A DNA stretch of 63,009 nucleotides, the filler included, from Rhabdomonas costata (Eukaryota), in assembly GCA_019059605.1 (NCBI GenBank). It is 25 parts of 25 records of this genome, joined end to end, with 100 filler letters (N's around TTAATTAATTAA, not from the genome) between each part and the next. Parts side by side here need not be neighbours in the genome. Positions count along the whole stretch, not along the records: positions 60,599 to 63,009 come from JAHMHO010003484.1; 24 more parts are not named here. One strand, given 5' to 3'. Under the pieces are notes generated by a model. That model was not told the origin of the DNA. It did no database searches and saw only the letters and a list, made by a program, of their open reading frames with translations. Positions 60,807 through 63,009 of the stretch are shown one piece after another; positions within the stretch are counted from its first letter, which is position 1; every line of letters begins with the position of its first letter. Both the position numbers and the translations under genes were made by a program.

Positions 60807-62395
60807 GCCTGCCAGGTCGCCGTGGAGCTCATGCGCGCGGCCCGACTGCATGGCTTTGAAGCGAACATTGGGGTGGCCCACCTCTCGGCATGGTACACCT
60901 CCGTCGGGTGCGACTCTCTGAAGGTCTTCCTGGTATGAAAGGGGCGTGGAAGGTTGGGAAAGGTACTCCCGATCTCTTGGGTGGCGTTTTGTCGGTTGGC
61001 CGCAACCTAGCCGCGTTTTTTCGTGCGTTTACAAGACAAGACAAGAAGGCGCAAGACGGCGGGTTGGGGAAGAAGGAGCGGGGAACGGAGTGAGGGTGGC
61101 AGGACGGAGGCCAAAATTTGTTCTTTCTGTTGGATGTGAAGTGTGTGGGGCTCTGCATGAAGCGTATGGGTGCCATGGGACGCTGGTGGCAGTGGGTGAG
61201 TCCGGTTCGCTTTTAGGGTGCTGGGGGCGCGCAGGTTCTGGGGTCGCTGATGAAGAGAGCCCAACTTTTGTGTGCGCTGAACGAGATCTACGGCACTTGC
61301 ATCCTAACCGGTTGTTTGCTCCTTGGTTCAAGTGCCCTTTTATTGTCATCAGTTCTAGGGTTTCGTGATGTGGAGAAGCTGGGAATCAGTCGTCTCATCT
61401 TGGGCAATGCTCGAAAGCCAAAGGGCGAAGGCCCAAAAGGTCGCGAGAGTCTCGCCACTGCTGTGTTATTAGCCCTCACCCCGGTTGCCGCTGGCCACGT
61501 TTCGGCTACCAACAAAAAAACGACCACAAAGTTTACAAAGTATTGCTATTTTTAAATGGTCAGGTGAATTGTCCCAGTTTTCCCATGGTGAGCATTTTTT
61601 GGTTGTAACGTCAAACCTGATGCAAAGCCTGTTGCTGGGATTGGGGCTGACGAGTGGGACAGCATTAGTTTGGGTGCGAAGGCCAACTTGTGGCGCGGCC
61701 AGAGGGTGGCTGGGGCGGGAACCTGATTTGGGGGGCCTTTATCGATTTCGTTTTTAATGTATGTTTCCCTCCGTCCAGGAATAATTGTTACCATTGTGTA
61801 ACAGTTTTCATTGGTATCCGTTAACATCGGTTGCCATTCAACAACAAATGCTTTAGCAGCATGCTTTTCCCGGTGCTGTTTCCTCGGCCAAAGACCAAGA
61901 AGTAAAGCAGCAAGTTCTGGAGGAGGCCCTGTTTCTGGTCGATGTGGTGCACAACGCGGAGCTCGGGCTGAACTTTGAGCCGGTGTACCAGCTAGTACCT
62001 GAGGCAATGGGCGGGGAGACGCGCTCCGACGGTTTGTGCATGTCTGTGGTGAATTTTCCTGCCCCTCAATCGAGTTTGAAATCACGAAATCCCGCAGACT
62101 CGCATATTATTGAAACGCAACCTCGGCCCACCACTCCAAATGCTTGCACGTGCAGAACACCCGTTTGCTGATTTCAGATGCCTACTAATCTATAACGCCC
62201 ACCGCCCGATGCACACCAAGCAGAAACACTTCATCGCCACGCGCTTCTTTTCTTTGGGGATGCGCGGACGCGAGCAGCGCCACAATTTCCCATTTCTGTT
62301 CTCAGGGGAGTGGTTGTACTCCTTCGGGTCGCTAGGCTCGAGCAGCGCCCTCCCTCAGAAAGAGTGGGCTGCCTGCGCCTCCGCTTTCCACAGAG
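60807..62395 (+). CDS. Degenerate class III cyclase-like domain (exons 60807-60932, 61235-61310, 61894-62031, 62306-~62395)
   Basis: NIGVAHLSAWYTSVGCDSLKVFL|VLGSLMKRAQLLCALNEIYGTCILT|DQEVKQQVLEEALFLVDVV...PVYQL...|GEWLYSF follows the cyclase layout. The catalytic N and R positions are substituted. Phases consistent. Confidence 0.75.
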
Positions 62396-62559
62396 GCATG
62401 CGTGTCTGCGGGGTTATCAGGCTGTTTGTTGCGCTGAACATTGCTTGGGAATAATGGGGTGCCTCTTTTGATAGTCATTATTGGGGTTTGACCCCAGACC
62501 TCGATAAACTTTGATGACTACGAAAAAGAACTGCACTTATCGACCACGAGTGAGGTCAA

Positions 62560-62875
62560 AATCATCTTCGAAGTCCATTTGCTCCGCTGTGACTGAAGTC
62601 TCACTCACAGAAGAAGAGCTACATCGGAGAACATCTTCCCGCTCATTTGCAAATTCACTCTCCGACATACCCTATCCAAATAAATCAGCCTTCTCTCAAA
62701 GTGCATATTCGCAACAAGAGTGCAATATCCGCCATAAATCAGGTGGCTGGGAGAGGGTCAGGAGAGAGCTGCAACCCTCTTCAAACGTGTGCCATATGGC
62801 TTTTCGGTTGGGCCTGCGGTTCGTCAAAAACAATTCCTTCGGCTTCTGATGAAGAGGTTGATCAAGCAAAAAAAA
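62560..62875 (-). pseudogene. Stop-interrupted intronless ORF, possible transposon relic
   Basis: About 100 codons (LFLTNRRPNRKAIWHTF...MSESEFANE...DFEDDFDL) with two in-frame stops. Confidence 0.3.
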
Positions 62876-63009
62876 ATACTTCCAGGGGACTACCTCACGG
62901 CCTGCTCCGCCAGTGCTGCCTATCTGGCCAGGCACTCCTCCGTGGACCCGGCGCACCCCCTCGGCCCGTGCGCAGACTTTGTCCGCTCTGTCCTCGCACA
63001 CACCCAACC

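Noticed and set aside
1-63009. Fully nonconventional (non-GT/GC-AG) introns, CRISPR arrays, rRNA or tRNA genes
   Set aside because: All junctions I could anchor with conserved protein motifs fit GT/GC-AG, and no repeat-spacer array or structural RNA gene was recognised. Nonconventional introns in the hypothetical genes cannot be excluded without transcripts.

Overview
This is not a contiguous genome segment. It consists of 25 unrelated contigs of about 2.42 kb, joined by 24 artificial 100-nt spacers (44 N + TTAATTAATTAA + 44 N). The DNA is from an intron-rich eukaryote. It is most likely a euglenozoan or euglenid-like protist; this is an inference from degenerate GTGYG-type and frequent GC donors, base-paired intron ends, orphan splice acceptors before start codons, co-directional gene pairs and many class III cyclases. 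Spliced gene fragments reconstructed by hand are: a WD40 protein, two LRR proteins, LETM1, prefoldin 4, RIO2, a class 3 lipase, a DUF1796-like peptidase, a protein with a rubrerythrin/ferritin-like domain, three class III nucleotide cyclases (two apparently catalytically degenerate), eIF2B-alpha, sideroflexin, an LPA1/2-phosphoglycerate-kinase-like NTPase, a CAX antiporter, a PPR-like protein, a 63-aa basic small protein and several hypothetical proteins. Decayed Ty3/Gypsy and LINE relics and several long palindromes are also present. The most interesting signals are the splicing system (GT/GC-AG introns whose two ends pair, often without a polypyrimidine tract), bacterial-type domains inside spliced genes, and a perfect 51-bp intronic palindrome. 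All family assignments come from recalled motifs, not database searches. No rRNA, tRNA or CRISPR array was recognised.
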